In this document: in pieces, positions 1 through 8,988 of the stretch | Layout of the letters: the number at the start of each line of letters is the position of its first letter | Position numbering within the stretch: the stretch's first letter is position 1 | From: a virus | DNA length: 64,000 nt | Strand: one strand, 5' to 3' | IMG/VR virus record: IMGVR_UViG_2740892559_000001 | Span: 6,625-70,624 of that record | Position numbers and translations under genes: made by a program | The notes under the pieces: generated by a model | The model's database searches: none | Told to the model about the DNA's origin: nothing | What the model saw: the letters and a program-made list of their open reading frames with translations, nothing else

Positions 1-482
1 TCTTCAATCGCTGCGATCCCATCCCCTGCATCCTCAGACGGATTCGCGAACCGACAGATGGTTTTTGAGGGTGCCGTGACCGCCACACCAAATGTCATCG
101 GAATCGCAAGCACACCGTTATCGCGGTATTCCACGGTCCCGAAAGTCGCTGGAACATTCGTAATATTGTTGTACGTAACGACAGGCGAGTTCGCCATCAC
201 CGCTTCGGGGCCACTGCCGCCTTCTACCGTAACCATCCCCGAAATCGTGACCCGAAAAGACCCCTGAACATCTTCCGGCAGTTGGAAAGTGATATGGTAA
301 TCTGCGCCTCTGCCGGTTACTTCAAACGTCACGCCGGTGATGCCGTTCCCTGACACCGCGGTAATCGTAATATCCGCGTCGTCGAATCCAGTAACGGACG
401 TAATCGGCTCCGTAAACGCCACCATGAGTGGGAAGTTGCCGTTTTTTATGCCTGTGTGTCCAGAGATTGTTGCGTTTGCCAT
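1..482 (-). CDS. Ig-like beta-sandwich virion/tail protein, partial (runs off left edge)
   Basis: Manual translation from ATG at 482 is open to the edge (MANATISGHTGIKNGNFPLMVAFTEPITSVTGFDDADITITAVSG...). Big_13-like pattern; co-oriented 6 bp after the 489..2978 gene. Confidence 0.65.
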   Translation of the reverse strand, partial: MANATISGHTGIKNGNFPLMVAFTEPITSVTGFDDADITITAVSGNGITGVTFEVTGRGADYHITFQLPEDVQGSFRVTISGMVTVEGGSGPEAVMANSPVVTYNNITNVPATFGTVEYRDNGVLAIPMTFGVAVTAPSKTICRFANPSEDAGDGIAAIE

Positions 483-488
483 TTTTCT

Positions 489-2978
489 TTATACTGCTAT
501 ATCTAAGCCCACGATTCTATCGCAACCTGGAGGCGCAATAAACTGCTTTATCACCTGCCCAGCATCCGTATGTGCCTTTGTCAAATCAACGATATTTATC
601 CGCTGTGTATTTGAGCTAAGATCAGAAATATACGCGGTATTCCCGATTACAGAAAGCCCGTTTACACCCCGAGACGAATCAAAGTGGATATCCGTTGCAA
701 TTCGCTGGTTTATAGTAAAATCCACATCAGCATAGTTTGCAGGCTCTCTTGGGAAAGCAACAACAGCATTCCCACCAGAAGTATTCATAAAATAAACCAA
801 TTCATCTGTAGCATAAGATGCGAAAGTCCTTGAATTGTTACCACCAGGAATATTCGTTATATACCTGTTTATGCGTGTGGCAACTTGTCCATTCGCTGTA
901 TTCGCCGAAAAACTTTCAAAGTAATTATTATCAAAATACTTTCCATACAGAGTATTGCCATATATTGAAAGCGCAAAGACACCTGAAAGCGTTGATGGTT
1001 TAAAAAACTTACGTAATCGTGTCGCTTGTGTGTCGTGGTTGGTGTTCAAATCAAATACATGAATCGAGCTGTCTTGAGTATCCGAGATATAAAAATGATT
1101 ATTCTCAAAATCTATAGCCAAATCTGAGGGAGTGTTTACATCATCAGGTATCAAAATCCGCTTGATTGGGCTTGCTATCCCATCTTGTGTTCCCGTGCTA
1201 AAAACAAAAAGCACATGGTCATCATTCGCTGAGGAATCTCCGTGAAGCGCATACGCCAATCGCCCTCCAGTAACCTGCACTGGCACTGGTACACCGATCC
1301 ACGGGCTGGAGACACGGAAATAGACCTGGTAAGTCTCACCTTCCTCCAAATCCGGTATGATTGTTTGAATCAGATTATTCACTGGCGCGGCGACGAATTC
1401 ATGCCAATTGCCGCCAATCAGGTATTCATAACGCGTCGCGCCTGGGACATGCGGGAAAGTCACTGTGGCGTTTAGGTGTCTGGGCGTTACCTTTATGTGC
1501 TCTAAATCTATGACGGGACGGTTGGGCCCAAATCTGTTGTAGTTAATAAAATCGACACCGCTGCCTTCGTCGATCCCCCATTCGTATTCGATGGCGTGTT
1601 GGACATCGGGAAAAGAAACCACCGCAAAATTACCTTTCGGTGTCTGCTCGATCTGACCAAGGGCAGGCGGGGTACCCGCTTCGATTGTATAAGGAACACT
1701 TGACATAACGGTTTCTCCAAGGTGCGGGGCTTCCATCTCAATATTGCCCGCTGTAACGGTGAAGTTTGCGTCGGCGGGTATAACGCCATCAATTTTCGCG
1801 CCTGTTTCTATCTTCTCGATACCCAGCCCGAGTAGCAATGTTTTAGCGATCACTTCTGACGGTGGGTTGGTTATCGGGATCTCAAGGTTTATATCCACGT
1901 CTCTATAAAGATGTATATCGGGGACAGTGCCAAAGACAGGCGCGGCAGGCACAACATTGAAAGTAATATCCCTTTCAAGCGGATCGCCACTGCTATAAGT
2001 TGCCTCGATATGCCAGTTTTTGTTGTTCAGCAATTTCTCTGGGTGCCCTACAATTTTCACCTCGTTATCGCCAGCTCGCCAATCGTAGTTGAAATACTCC
2101 ATATCGCCGGTGACTTCGACGGTTGTCGGGTTCCCGGTGATTGCAACTGTCAGGCGATAATCTGTATTTACAACGATATTCTGATCCGCGACCATTGCGA
2201 TGGCACGCGTTACGACTGCCGCCGCGGTAAACGTCTCAGTATCGCTACCGGTATCCTCTGACCAGCCGATAGAGCCTGCATCTGCCACACCTACCAACAA
2301 AGAACTATCACTACCACTACCATCAAGGTCAACAAATTTCTGCTGGAGCGTTGCGTTAGAGACATTCCATTGGGCACGAGCAGCAGTTGTTACTGCTATA
2401 TCCGATGAATTCAACTCAAGCACAGTGCCGTCCGAAAATATGACAAAAACAGCACGGGTCGTAACACCTTGAAAAAACGTCCCTATATTCCCACTACCAG
2501 AACGGGTCAGAATAAACCTGTTTGTCCTATCGTTCCACTCGATCTGCGTAATCTGTAAATTACTGGATAGCCCACTATCCGAACCAGAGGCAAGCGTCCC
2601 CCCCGGATGGATGTTAGATCGCGCATTCTCACGCGTGTCAGCCGTCGGGTTAATAAACATGTTCAGGATTTGTCCGGTGATGCCCAGTGCTGTCATTGCA
2701 GTGAGCGAGCCAGCGGATACTGTTGGGTTACTTTCAGCAGGACGCGTAACATCACAAGTAATCGTGACATCAACATCCGCAGCATCCGTAAAATCCGCGT
2801 GATACACGGCAGAGGCTTCATCGGTCGCGCCAATAAACGTACCCCTACTCGCGCGCCATGTATATTGAAGTGTTCCTGGTGGCGTGTTCCCGTTCGCGTC
2901 CGTTACGGTCGCGTTCAAGGTAACCTGCCCCCCTTGGTCAATATTTTCGCCACCTGTCACGACTACACTCAATGCCAT
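489..2978 (-). CDS. Tail fibre/adhesin-like protein: N-terminal PKD/Ig-like, FN3-like segment, C-terminal beta-propeller
   Basis: 829 aa; VTLNATVTD..LQYTW Ig motif, ATVTFPHVPGATRYEY FN3-like motif, PSDLAIDFENNHFYISD propeller blade; lies in the tail operon. Confidence 0.6.
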   Translation of the reverse strand: MALSVVVTGGENIDQGGQVTLNATVTDANGNTPPGTLQYTWRASRGTFIGATDEASAVYHADFTDAADVDVTITCDVTRPAESNPTVSAGSLTAMTALGITGQILNMFINPTADTRENARSNIHPGGTLASGSDSGLSSNLQITQIEWNDRTNRFILTRSGSGNIGTFFQGVTTRAVFVIFSDGTVLELNSSDIAVTTAARAQWNVSNATLQQKFVDLDGSGSDSSLLVGVADAGSIGWSEDTGSDTETFTAAAVVTRAIAMVADQNIVVNTDYRLTVAITGNPTTVEVTGDMEYFNYDWRAGDNEVKIVGHPEKLLNNKNWHIEATYSSGDPLERDITFNVVPAAPVFGTVPDIHLYRDVDINLEIPITNPPSEVIAKTLLLGLGIEKIETGAKIDGVIPADANFTVTAGNIEMEAPHLGETVMSSVPYTIEAGTPPALGQIEQTPKGNFAVVSFPDVQHAIEYEWGIDEGSGVDFINYNRFGPNRPVIDLEHIKVTPRHLNATVTFPHVPGATRYEYLIGGNWHEFVAAPVNNLIQTIIPDLEEGETYQVYFRVSSPWIGVPVPVQVTGGRLAYALHGDSSANDDHVLFVFSTGTQDGIASPIKRILIPDDVNTPSDLAIDFENNHFYISDTQDSSIHVFDLNTNHDTQATRLRKFFKPSTLSGVFALSIYGNTLYGKYFDNNYFESFSANTANGQVATRINRYITNIPGGNNSRTFASYATDELVYFMNTSGGNAVVAFPREPANYADVDFTINQRIATDIHFDSSRGVNGLSVIGNTAYISDLSSNTQRINIVDLTKAHTDAGQVIKQFIAPPGCDRIVGLDIAV

Positions 2979-3003
2979 CTACTTACCCTCTGAACTGAAG
3001 AAA

Positions 3004-3033
3004 CCCCCTAAATCCCCCTTATCAGGGGGACTT
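3004..3033. repeat. REP-like palindrome CCCCCTAAATCCCCCTTATCAGGGGGACTT
   Basis: Intergenic hairpin CCCCCT-TATC-AGGGGG resembling a widespread REP class. Confidence 0.5.
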
Positions 3034-3039
3034 ACTCTT

Positions 3040-6000
3040 CTATTTACCCTCTGCTGAAATTGCATTCTGAATTTCTGTTATCTGTGCCTGGATTTCTTCT
3101 TCTGTCATATCCTTGTACAGCCAATCCAGCCGTTTGCGTTCAGGGTTCACCGACCATCGACCGCCACGGTTGTTCTGTAACAGGATATTGAAATACTCGT
3201 GATACATCAGTGAGACCCGTTCTTTTGAGTACTGGACAGCCTGATGCCGGCAATCTTTTGGGGAAATCTGGTCTATATTTTCCAAACACCACACCATGTG
3301 ATCGAAATTCTGTGTCCGCCAACCTGTTTGACCATCTACTACCCAGTCCATCGGCGCGCCCCAGTTCGATGTGATATGCGGTGTCCCACAGAAAAGCGAT
3401 TCCACACCGGACCCCAGAAACGGCTCAAGATAGATGCTCGGGCAGACGTGCGCCATCGCGTTCGCGTAAATATCGCTCCGGGTCGCAATATCCGCGACAC
3501 CTACAAACTCAAGCTGCGGCGGAATCTCTAAACCGCATTGCTCTAACCGTCCAACACCCGCGGCAATTAGCCGAGTATTCGTATACTTCGCGAGTTGAAA
3601 CACATCGTGCAAGCCTTTACAGATATTGATCCGCCCAACAAAGCAGATATAATCATCCTTCTTTTCTTTGTATTCAAAGTGATCAAAATCAAAGAAATTC
3701 GGGATCACAACAGAATTCCGATCCGGTACTGTGTACTGCATCCGATTATATTGCGAAGAGATAAACTCGTTATATTCACAGTCCGGGTATTTCTCCGCAA
3801 TGAAATAGTTGACATCCGCTTTGCCGCGTTCAAAGTGCAGCTTCGGGCTGCTCTGATAGACACGGTTTTCAGAGAACGCATCTGGGTAACCGATAGAAGG
3901 CTCAACAATATGCACTGGTAGATCCGAAAGTGCTTCGCAGAGTGCCAAGTGACCGAGTCCATAGAACGCAAGGATAAAATCATCTGCTTGCGCACGTTTA
4001 CGGACTTCAGGCTCAGTGTTTTCGGCGTACGCTTTGAAAACAGGATCATCCATCCCATGCTCCGGCACCACAAAATAATCTGAAGAACCGTAGTGTTGTT
4101 CAAGGATTTTGTTATCGTAGACGGTAACGTGTTCAGTGCATGGCACAGTTGAATCCGCGTGTCCGTAGTAGATAATCCGATGCCCAAGATTTTTCATGGC
4201 GCGACACCACTTAAAGATCCGCTGCACAAAAGCACACGCGAAATCTTCTTTGCCGGTCGCGTAAGGCACTTCAAAGACGTGGAAAGTTTTGCAGACAGGC
4301 GGTGTGTAGAAATTGAATTCATCAACCCCACTTTGCGCAGCAGTGATAGATGGCAACACTTTCGGTCTATCCTTGATAAGGATCCGCTCCATGTGTTGAA
4401 CTCGGATGGAAGCGTTTGCTGTGCCGTCTATACCGTAACAGTCTCCTACCTCACACATTTTACGGAAGAAATCCTCATCCTTAACATCTTCACACACTAA
4501 CTTACCGCCATCGGACAACAGCTCTACATAGTTTTCCAAAAAATATAATTGGTCAGAAGGTTCATGCGTCGCATCGTCTATAATGATGTCGAAGCCGTCC
4601 GGGTATTCCGCTTTCAGAAACGCTATCGTTGCAGGCTTATACGCGTCGATTTTATGGAAAGCCGATTTCTCGTTGAGTTCACCTACATAAGTGATGAGAT
4701 CCAAGCCGACAACCTGTTCTACAAGCTCTGATTCCTGAAACGCCTCCATAGAACCTTCACCAAACAGGCTCACGCCGATCTCCAGGACCCGTAGCGGTCG
4801 TTTCTTACGGAATACCATCGACTCGAAAATCATATCGTAAAACTTGCCGTACTGGTGACCCTTTGGATGCTGTTTGTCCGATCGCGTACCTATCAACTTA
4901 TCCGAAATGGATTGTGAATCAGTTACCTGTGGCGGTTCATGGAACGTCAACGCCTCGTAGAAATCGTCGTAATACTTCTCAAAATCTTTCTGCTCAGGTC
5001 CGTGGTCGTCCGGCACGATATGTGCGACGTAGCCCTCTTTATCCAGGGTCTTGTCCCGCGCAATGAATTCCGATTCATAGTTGTAAAAGTGGAAGCTACC
5101 GAGTTTTTTTCTCAGATCAGAGACCTCTTGATGCGCGGATTCCCACATCGCAATCAAGAATTCGTCCTGATAACAGGTTTTATAGAATTTCTTGATATGC
5201 GCTGCGAGCGAGTGTTTCACCGGCAGCATAAAGAGTTGTGTAGAGATGACTGGGCGATCGGTTTCATACTTCGGATGTACGGGTCTTTTATTTTCTATCC
5301 AATGCTCTAATGCATAAAAACATCGTAACTCTTGTCCAAACAGATCCTCGTCAGCGAAAAAAGGTATCCCCGCCGCAAGACAAACCCCATGCACCCAGAT
5401 CCGGTACTGATCGCCGGTATACGAACCCATGAACCGCTTGATCGCCGACGGGTTTTCAAAGGCTTTCAGTTTATCGTACCAGTAGAATTTATCACCCGCT
5501 GTGCAGACAAACGCATCGGAATCGGCAATAAGCCATCGCGCCGTCTCGATATTATCCTCGAGGCACATAAACTTTTTGCCGTAGTGCGGGTGCTTAACTT
5601 TATCCGATTGTGGGAACGCAATATCCATTCGACGGATAAACTGCTTAGGCACTTGGAACGCTTCAAAGACTTCCGAAACCGCGTCGTAGACAGCGTCCTC
5701 GACATGGAAATAGATACCGACACCGCGCTCGGCTAAATCCGTATTGCGTATCAAGGACATCGCCGCCCAGACGGCACCTTTTGCGTGGACATCCTTCAGC
5801 CGTTGCGAATTCGCAGGTGTCAGTGTCGCCGAGTCGATAGCAGAATGGAACAACGCTATCGAAACAGCAACTTCCGTATCCGTGATTTCGTAGTTGGGAT
5901 ACTCTACGACCGGTAGCCTCGTAATATGCGGTTTATGTTTTTCTATATTTCCTTGCGGTTCGGTGAGGTCGGTTGGTCGTTTGATGTCTCTCTCCGTAGA

Positions 6001-6045
6001 TCCGCGCTCCATTACATTACGCGCTACAGTTTTTTGATTTATCAT
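3040..6045 (-). CDS. Three-domain fusion: putative GT-A-like domain, class I SAM methyltransferase, GT4 (GT-B) glycosyltransferase
   Basis: 1001 aa; VLEIGV and FDIIIDDATH..DQ..L..GG.LVCEDV (sugar O-methyltransferase type); FVGRINICKG and PSIYLEPF..VESLFCGTP (GT4); N-terminal LIADSD DxD-like motif is weaker; AGGAG RBS 7 nt before ATG. Confidence 0.8.
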   Translation of the reverse strand: MINQKTVARNVMERGSTERDIKRPTDLTEPQGNIEKHKPHITRLPVVEYPNYEITDTEVAVSIALFHSAIDSATLTPANSQRLKDVHAKGAVWAAMSLIRNTDLAERGVGIYFHVEDAVYDAVSEVFEAFQVPKQFIRRMDIAFPQSDKVKHPHYGKKFMCLEDNIETARWLIADSDAFVCTAGDKFYWYDKLKAFENPSAIKRFMGSYTGDQYRIWVHGVCLAAGIPFFADEDLFGQELRCFYALEHWIENKRPVHPKYETDRPVISTQLFMLPVKHSLAAHIKKFYKTCYQDEFLIAMWESAHQEVSDLRKKLGSFHFYNYESEFIARDKTLDKEGYVAHIVPDDHGPEQKDFEKYYDDFYEALTFHEPPQVTDSQSISDKLIGTRSDKQHPKGHQYGKFYDMIFESMVFRKKRPLRVLEIGVSLFGEGSMEAFQESELVEQVVGLDLITYVGELNEKSAFHKIDAYKPATIAFLKAEYPDGFDIIIDDATHEPSDQLYFLENYVELLSDGGKLVCEDVKDEDFFRKMCEVGDCYGIDGTANASIRVQHMERILIKDRPKVLPSITAAQSGVDEFNFYTPPVCKTFHVFEVPYATGKEDFACAFVQRIFKWCRAMKNLGHRIIYYGHADSTVPCTEHVTVYDNKILEQHYGSSDYFVVPEHGMDDPVFKAYAENTEPEVRKRAQADDFILAFYGLGHLALCEALSDLPVHIVEPSIGYPDAFSENRVYQSSPKLHFERGKADVNYFIAEKYPDCEYNEFISSQYNRMQYTVPDRNSVVIPNFFDFDHFEYKEKKDDYICFVGRINICKGLHDVFQLAKYTNTRLIAAGVGRLEQCGLEIPPQLEFVGVADIATRSDIYANAMAHVCPSIYLEPFLGSGVESLFCGTPHITSNWGAPMDWVVDGQTGWRTQNFDHMVWCLENIDQISPKDCRHQAVQYSKERVSLMYHEYFNILLQNNRGGRWSVNPERKRLDWLYKDMTEEEIQAQITEIQNAISAEGK
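5949..6028 (-). repeat. GTAG-tagged dispersed element R1, copy 1 (in frame inside the 3040..6045 CDS)
   Basis: Shares GTAGCGCGTAATGTAATGG...CTCACCGAACCGCAAGGAAA ends with copies at 32.7, 33.4, 35.05, 36.4 and 47.7 kb. Confidence 0.85.
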
Positions 6046-6055
6046 CTATATTCTC

Positions 6056-7909
6056 CTAAGAAGAAGACTCCAGAGTCGTTACGCGATCTGTTAATCCCGA
6101 TACAAGGGAAGTCAAATTTCTAATATGGTACTGAACACCTTTCACATTTGTTTTTATCGTATTCGCAGCACTATCAATCTCAAGAAATGCCATCTTGCCT
6201 AATTCGAGAACACCTGGCGTTTCAGAACCAGATAAAGTTGTAGCGGATTCACTGAAAAACTGCGAGATATGCGAAAAGTTCAGCGTGCCGTCAGAGCCTG
6301 GCGCACCAACACCTGTTGGCCCTTTTCCGGTTGCCCCGGTGATGCCGGTACCGCGTAGATCATCAGGCGTTATATTCGCCACACGCCCTTTAATCGTTGC
6401 ACCTGTGATCCCCGTGCCAACAAGATCATCAACCGTTGCAGTAACTTGCCTACCCTTAACCGTTGCCCCTGTGATCCCTGTACCAACAAGAGGTGCTGCA
6501 TCAACGCTACGCCCTTTGACGGTCGCCCCTGTGATCCCCGTGCCGACAAGAGGTGCTGTATCGACTCTACGCCCCCTGACCGTCGCGCCTGTGATACCAG
6601 TTCCCACAACAGCGTTCCCAGCTCTCCCCTTAAACGTCGCACCTGTGATGCCGGTTCCCACAACTGCATTCCCAGCTCTACCTTTAGTCGTTGCGCCTGT
6701 GATGCCGGTTCCGACAAGATGGGCAGCGTCAACTCTACGTCCTCTGACCGTAGCACCCGTGATCCCCGTCCCGACTTCAGCATTCCCTGCCCGTCCTTTT
6801 GTAGTCGCGCCTGTGATCCCCGTGCCTCTCAATGAATTGACAGTTGCATTAACCCGTCTGCCTTTGACCGTTGCCCCTGTAATGCCCGTGCCGACGAGTG
6901 AGTTTCCAACATTCGCTTGTCTACCTTTTGTTGTCGCACCTGTGATGCCGGTTCCCACAACTGCATTCCCAGCTCTACCTTTAGTCGTTGCGCCTGTGAT
7001 CCCTGTACCAACAAGAGGTGCTGCATCAACTCTACGTCCGCGGACGGTAGCACCCGTGATACCGGTTCCCACAACAGCGTTTCCGGCTCTGCCTTTTGTT
7101 GTGGTTCCTGTGATGCCCGTACCAACAAGATGTGCTGCATCGACGCTACGTCCGCGGACGGTCGCGCCTGTGATGCCGGTTCCGACAACTGCATTCCCAG
7201 CTCTACCTTTAGTCGTTGCACCCGTAATCCCAGTGCCGCGCAAACTATTGACAGTTGCATTAACCCGTCTACCTTTAACGGTCGCGCCTGTGATGCCCGT
7301 GCCAATAAGAGAATTCCCAACGTTAGCTTGCCGACCCTTAACGGTCGCGCCTGTGATCCCCGTGCCAACGAGCGAATTCCCAGCGTTAACTTCTCTGCCC
7401 TTGACAGTGGCACCTGTAATCCCCGTGCCAACCAGATCGTCAACTGTTGCAGTAACTTCTCGACCTTTGACGGTAGCACCCGTAATCCCAGTACCAACTA
7501 AATCGTCAACAGTTGCGGTAACTTGCCTACCCTTAACCGTAGCACCCGTAATCCCGGTGCCACGTTCACCTACGCCTGTCGGTCCTATCCCTGTTGAACC
7601 TCGCCTGAAAACAACGAAATCTGTATAAATTTCAAAGTTGATCGTTTTCTTAGATTTTTTTGTTTCGCCATTTTCCTCCCACTCCGCAACAAGCACCAGG
7701 CGTGTTTGTGTCTCTTGTGTGACATTCGCAATCCTATATCGCAATTCGTTTCTAACGATTTTCGTTTGCGCAGCCACAAATTGCGAAGGCGGTGTCTCAA
7801 GTGTAATCGTTGCACCAATTGGATCCCTAAGAAACTCATAGATATTATGTATTGTGCCAACCTTACTCGCTTGCACATGCTGGATGGGAATTGGAAACCA
7901 TTCTCTCAT
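6056..7909 (-). CDS. Repeat-rich fibre-like virion protein
   Basis: 617 aa; 21 copies of GTGITG(A/T)T followed by variable 6-14 aa spacers; C-terminal LTDRVTTLES coil; lies in the tail operon. Confidence 0.7.
   Translation of the reverse strand: MREWFPIPIQHVQASKVGTIHNIYEFLRDPIGATITLETPPSQFVAAQTKIVRNELRYRIANVTQETQTRLVLVAEWEENGETKKSKKTINFEIYTDFVVFRRGSTGIGPTGVGERGTGITGATVKGRQVTATVDDLVGTGITGATVKGREVTATVDDLVGTGITGATVKGREVNAGNSLVGTGITGATVKGRQANVGNSLIGTGITGATVKGRRVNATVNSLRGTGITGATTKGRAGNAVVGTGITGATVRGRSVDAAHLVGTGITGTTTKGRAGNAVVGTGITGATVRGRRVDAAPLVGTGITGATTKGRAGNAVVGTGITGATTKGRQANVGNSLVGTGITGATVKGRRVNATVNSLRGTGITGATTKGRAGNAEVGTGITGATVRGRRVDAAHLVGTGITGATTKGRAGNAVVGTGITGATFKGRAGNAVVGTGITGATVRGRRVDTAPLVGTGITGATVKGRSVDAAPLVGTGITGATVKGRQVTATVDDLVGTGITGATIKGRVANITPDDLRGTGITGATGKGPTGVGAPGSDGTLNFSHISQFFSESATTLSGSETPGVLELGKMAFLEIDSAANTIKTNVKGVQYHIRNLTSLVSGLTDRVTTLESSS
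6329..7561 (-). repeat. Intragenic tandem repeat (about 54-66 bp units) encoding GTGITGAT(V/T)(K/R)GR
   Basis: 21 units counted in the translation. Confidence 0.95.
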
Positions 7910-7914
7910 TTTAC

Positions 7915-8096
7915 TTGCTAAAAAATGGGGAAAATGCTATACTATAAGGAAGGTAGTGGGAAGGGATGGAACCCCTTCCCGTGCCAAGTATTGAAAAATC
8001 ACAGAATCCAATCCGGTTTTCGCATTGGCATTTTTATTTTAACACCTTCCTGTAGAAATGTCAAGCGAGGTCCCCAAACCTATAGGAGCTTGACAT
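7915..8096 (+). promoter_or_regulatory. Sigma70 promoter plus structured leader of GIY-YIG cassette 1
   Basis: TTGCTA(7915)-17 bp-TATACT(7938) with TG extension; hairpins GGGAAGGG/CCCTTCCC (7958-7980) and ATGTCAAGC/GCTTGACAT (8058-8096, overlapping AGGAG); second copy at 28937-29115. Confidence 0.75.
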
Positions 8097-8097
8097 T

Positions 8098-8952
8098 ATG
8101 GGTTTCGTCTACATGATCACGAATGACATCAATTCTAAAGCATACATCGGCATCTGTATCCATCCACCTGAGAAAACGAGAATCAAAGCCCATCTTTCTG
8201 GGCGTGGCAATCAGGGTATAGCCGACGATATCAATATCTATGGCAAAGATGCCTTTACCTATGAAATCCTTGAAGCAAACGTCTTTGATGAACTTCTGCC
8301 TGATCTTGAAAAGGCGTATATCGCCAAATTTAAAACTGTCCATCCGCATGGGTATAATCTCACATCTGGCGGTGAGGCTGCTAAAACGATTTCTGATGAG
8401 ACGCGTTGTAAAATCTCTGAAGCACACAAAGGTAAATCACTTTCCGCTGAACACCGTCGTAAAATATCTCAAGGAGGTAAAGGTCGAAAGTTTCTCATAG
8501 GACATCGCCGCAAACTCTCTGAAGCCATGAAAGGTGAAAAGAACCATCAATTTGGCGAAACGCATTCTGAAGAAACACGTCGGAAAATGTCTGAAGCACA
8601 GAAAGGTAAAAAAAACCATTTTTATGGCAAAACGCTTTCTGAAGAACATCGCCGTAAAATATCTCAAGCGAACAAAGGCCGAAAGCATTCTGAAGAATCC
8701 CTCCGTAAAATGTCTGAAGCACAAAAAGGCAGAACACTTTCTGCTGAACACCGTCGTAAAATATCTCAAGCTCTGACGGGTGAAAAGCACCCAAACTTAC
8801 ATCCGGAGCACATACGAGCGCGTAATTATTTCTTTTCTCTACCGTCTGCTATGCCTTTAAAAGAGAGAAGAAAGTTGCTCCGTACAGCATTCCGAAATAT
8901 TCATAGAAACACTATCTATCACTGGGTGCGCAAATGGACATCAACTGCCTAA
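8098..8952 (+). CDS. Free-standing GIY-YIG homing endonuclease with NUMOD3 repeats
   Basis: GFVYMITN...AYIG motif, repeated HSEE(T/H)RRK(M/I)SEA units, C-terminal TIYHWVRKW helix. Confidence 0.9.
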   Translation: MGFVYMITNDINSKAYIGICIHPPEKTRIKAHLSGRGNQGIADDINIYGKDAFTYEILEANVFDELLPDLEKAYIAKFKTVHPHGYNLTSGGEAAKTISDETRCKISEAHKGKSLSAEHRRKISQGGKGRKFLIGHRRKLSEAMKGEKNHQFGETHSEETRRKMSEAQKGKKNHFYGKTLSEEHRRKISQANKGRKHSEESLRKMSEAQKGRTLSAEHRRKISQALTGEKHPNLHPEHIRARNYFFSLPSAMPLKERRKLLRTAFRNIHRNTIYHWVRKWTSTA

Positions 8953-8988
8953 GCCTACAACGTTGGGTGCTATTCATTCATAAAAAAC

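Noticed and set aside
6195-7628. Long + strand ORF (477 aa) and other ORFs over the fibre repeat
   Set aside because: Antisense or alternate-frame shadows of a stop-poor repeat.
6056-7909. DGR target or template-variable repeat pair
   Set aside because: No reverse transcriptase in the window, and repeat differences are not adenine-specific.
8058-8096. HEARO/omega-RNA start (GTCAAGC...GCTTGAC hairpin)
   Set aside because: Only a 9-bp stem resembles it, the leader is short, and the ORF is GIY-YIG, not IscB/HNH-RuvC.
7925-8116. 63-aa ORF across the GIY-YIG leader
   Set aside because: No RBS, it starts inside the promoter spacer, and the second copy lacks the equivalent ATG at that position.
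8098-8952. Group I intron hosting the GIY-YIG genes
   Set aside because: Both genes are intergenic and antisense, flanking genes are uninterrupted, and no P/Q/R/S core was seen.
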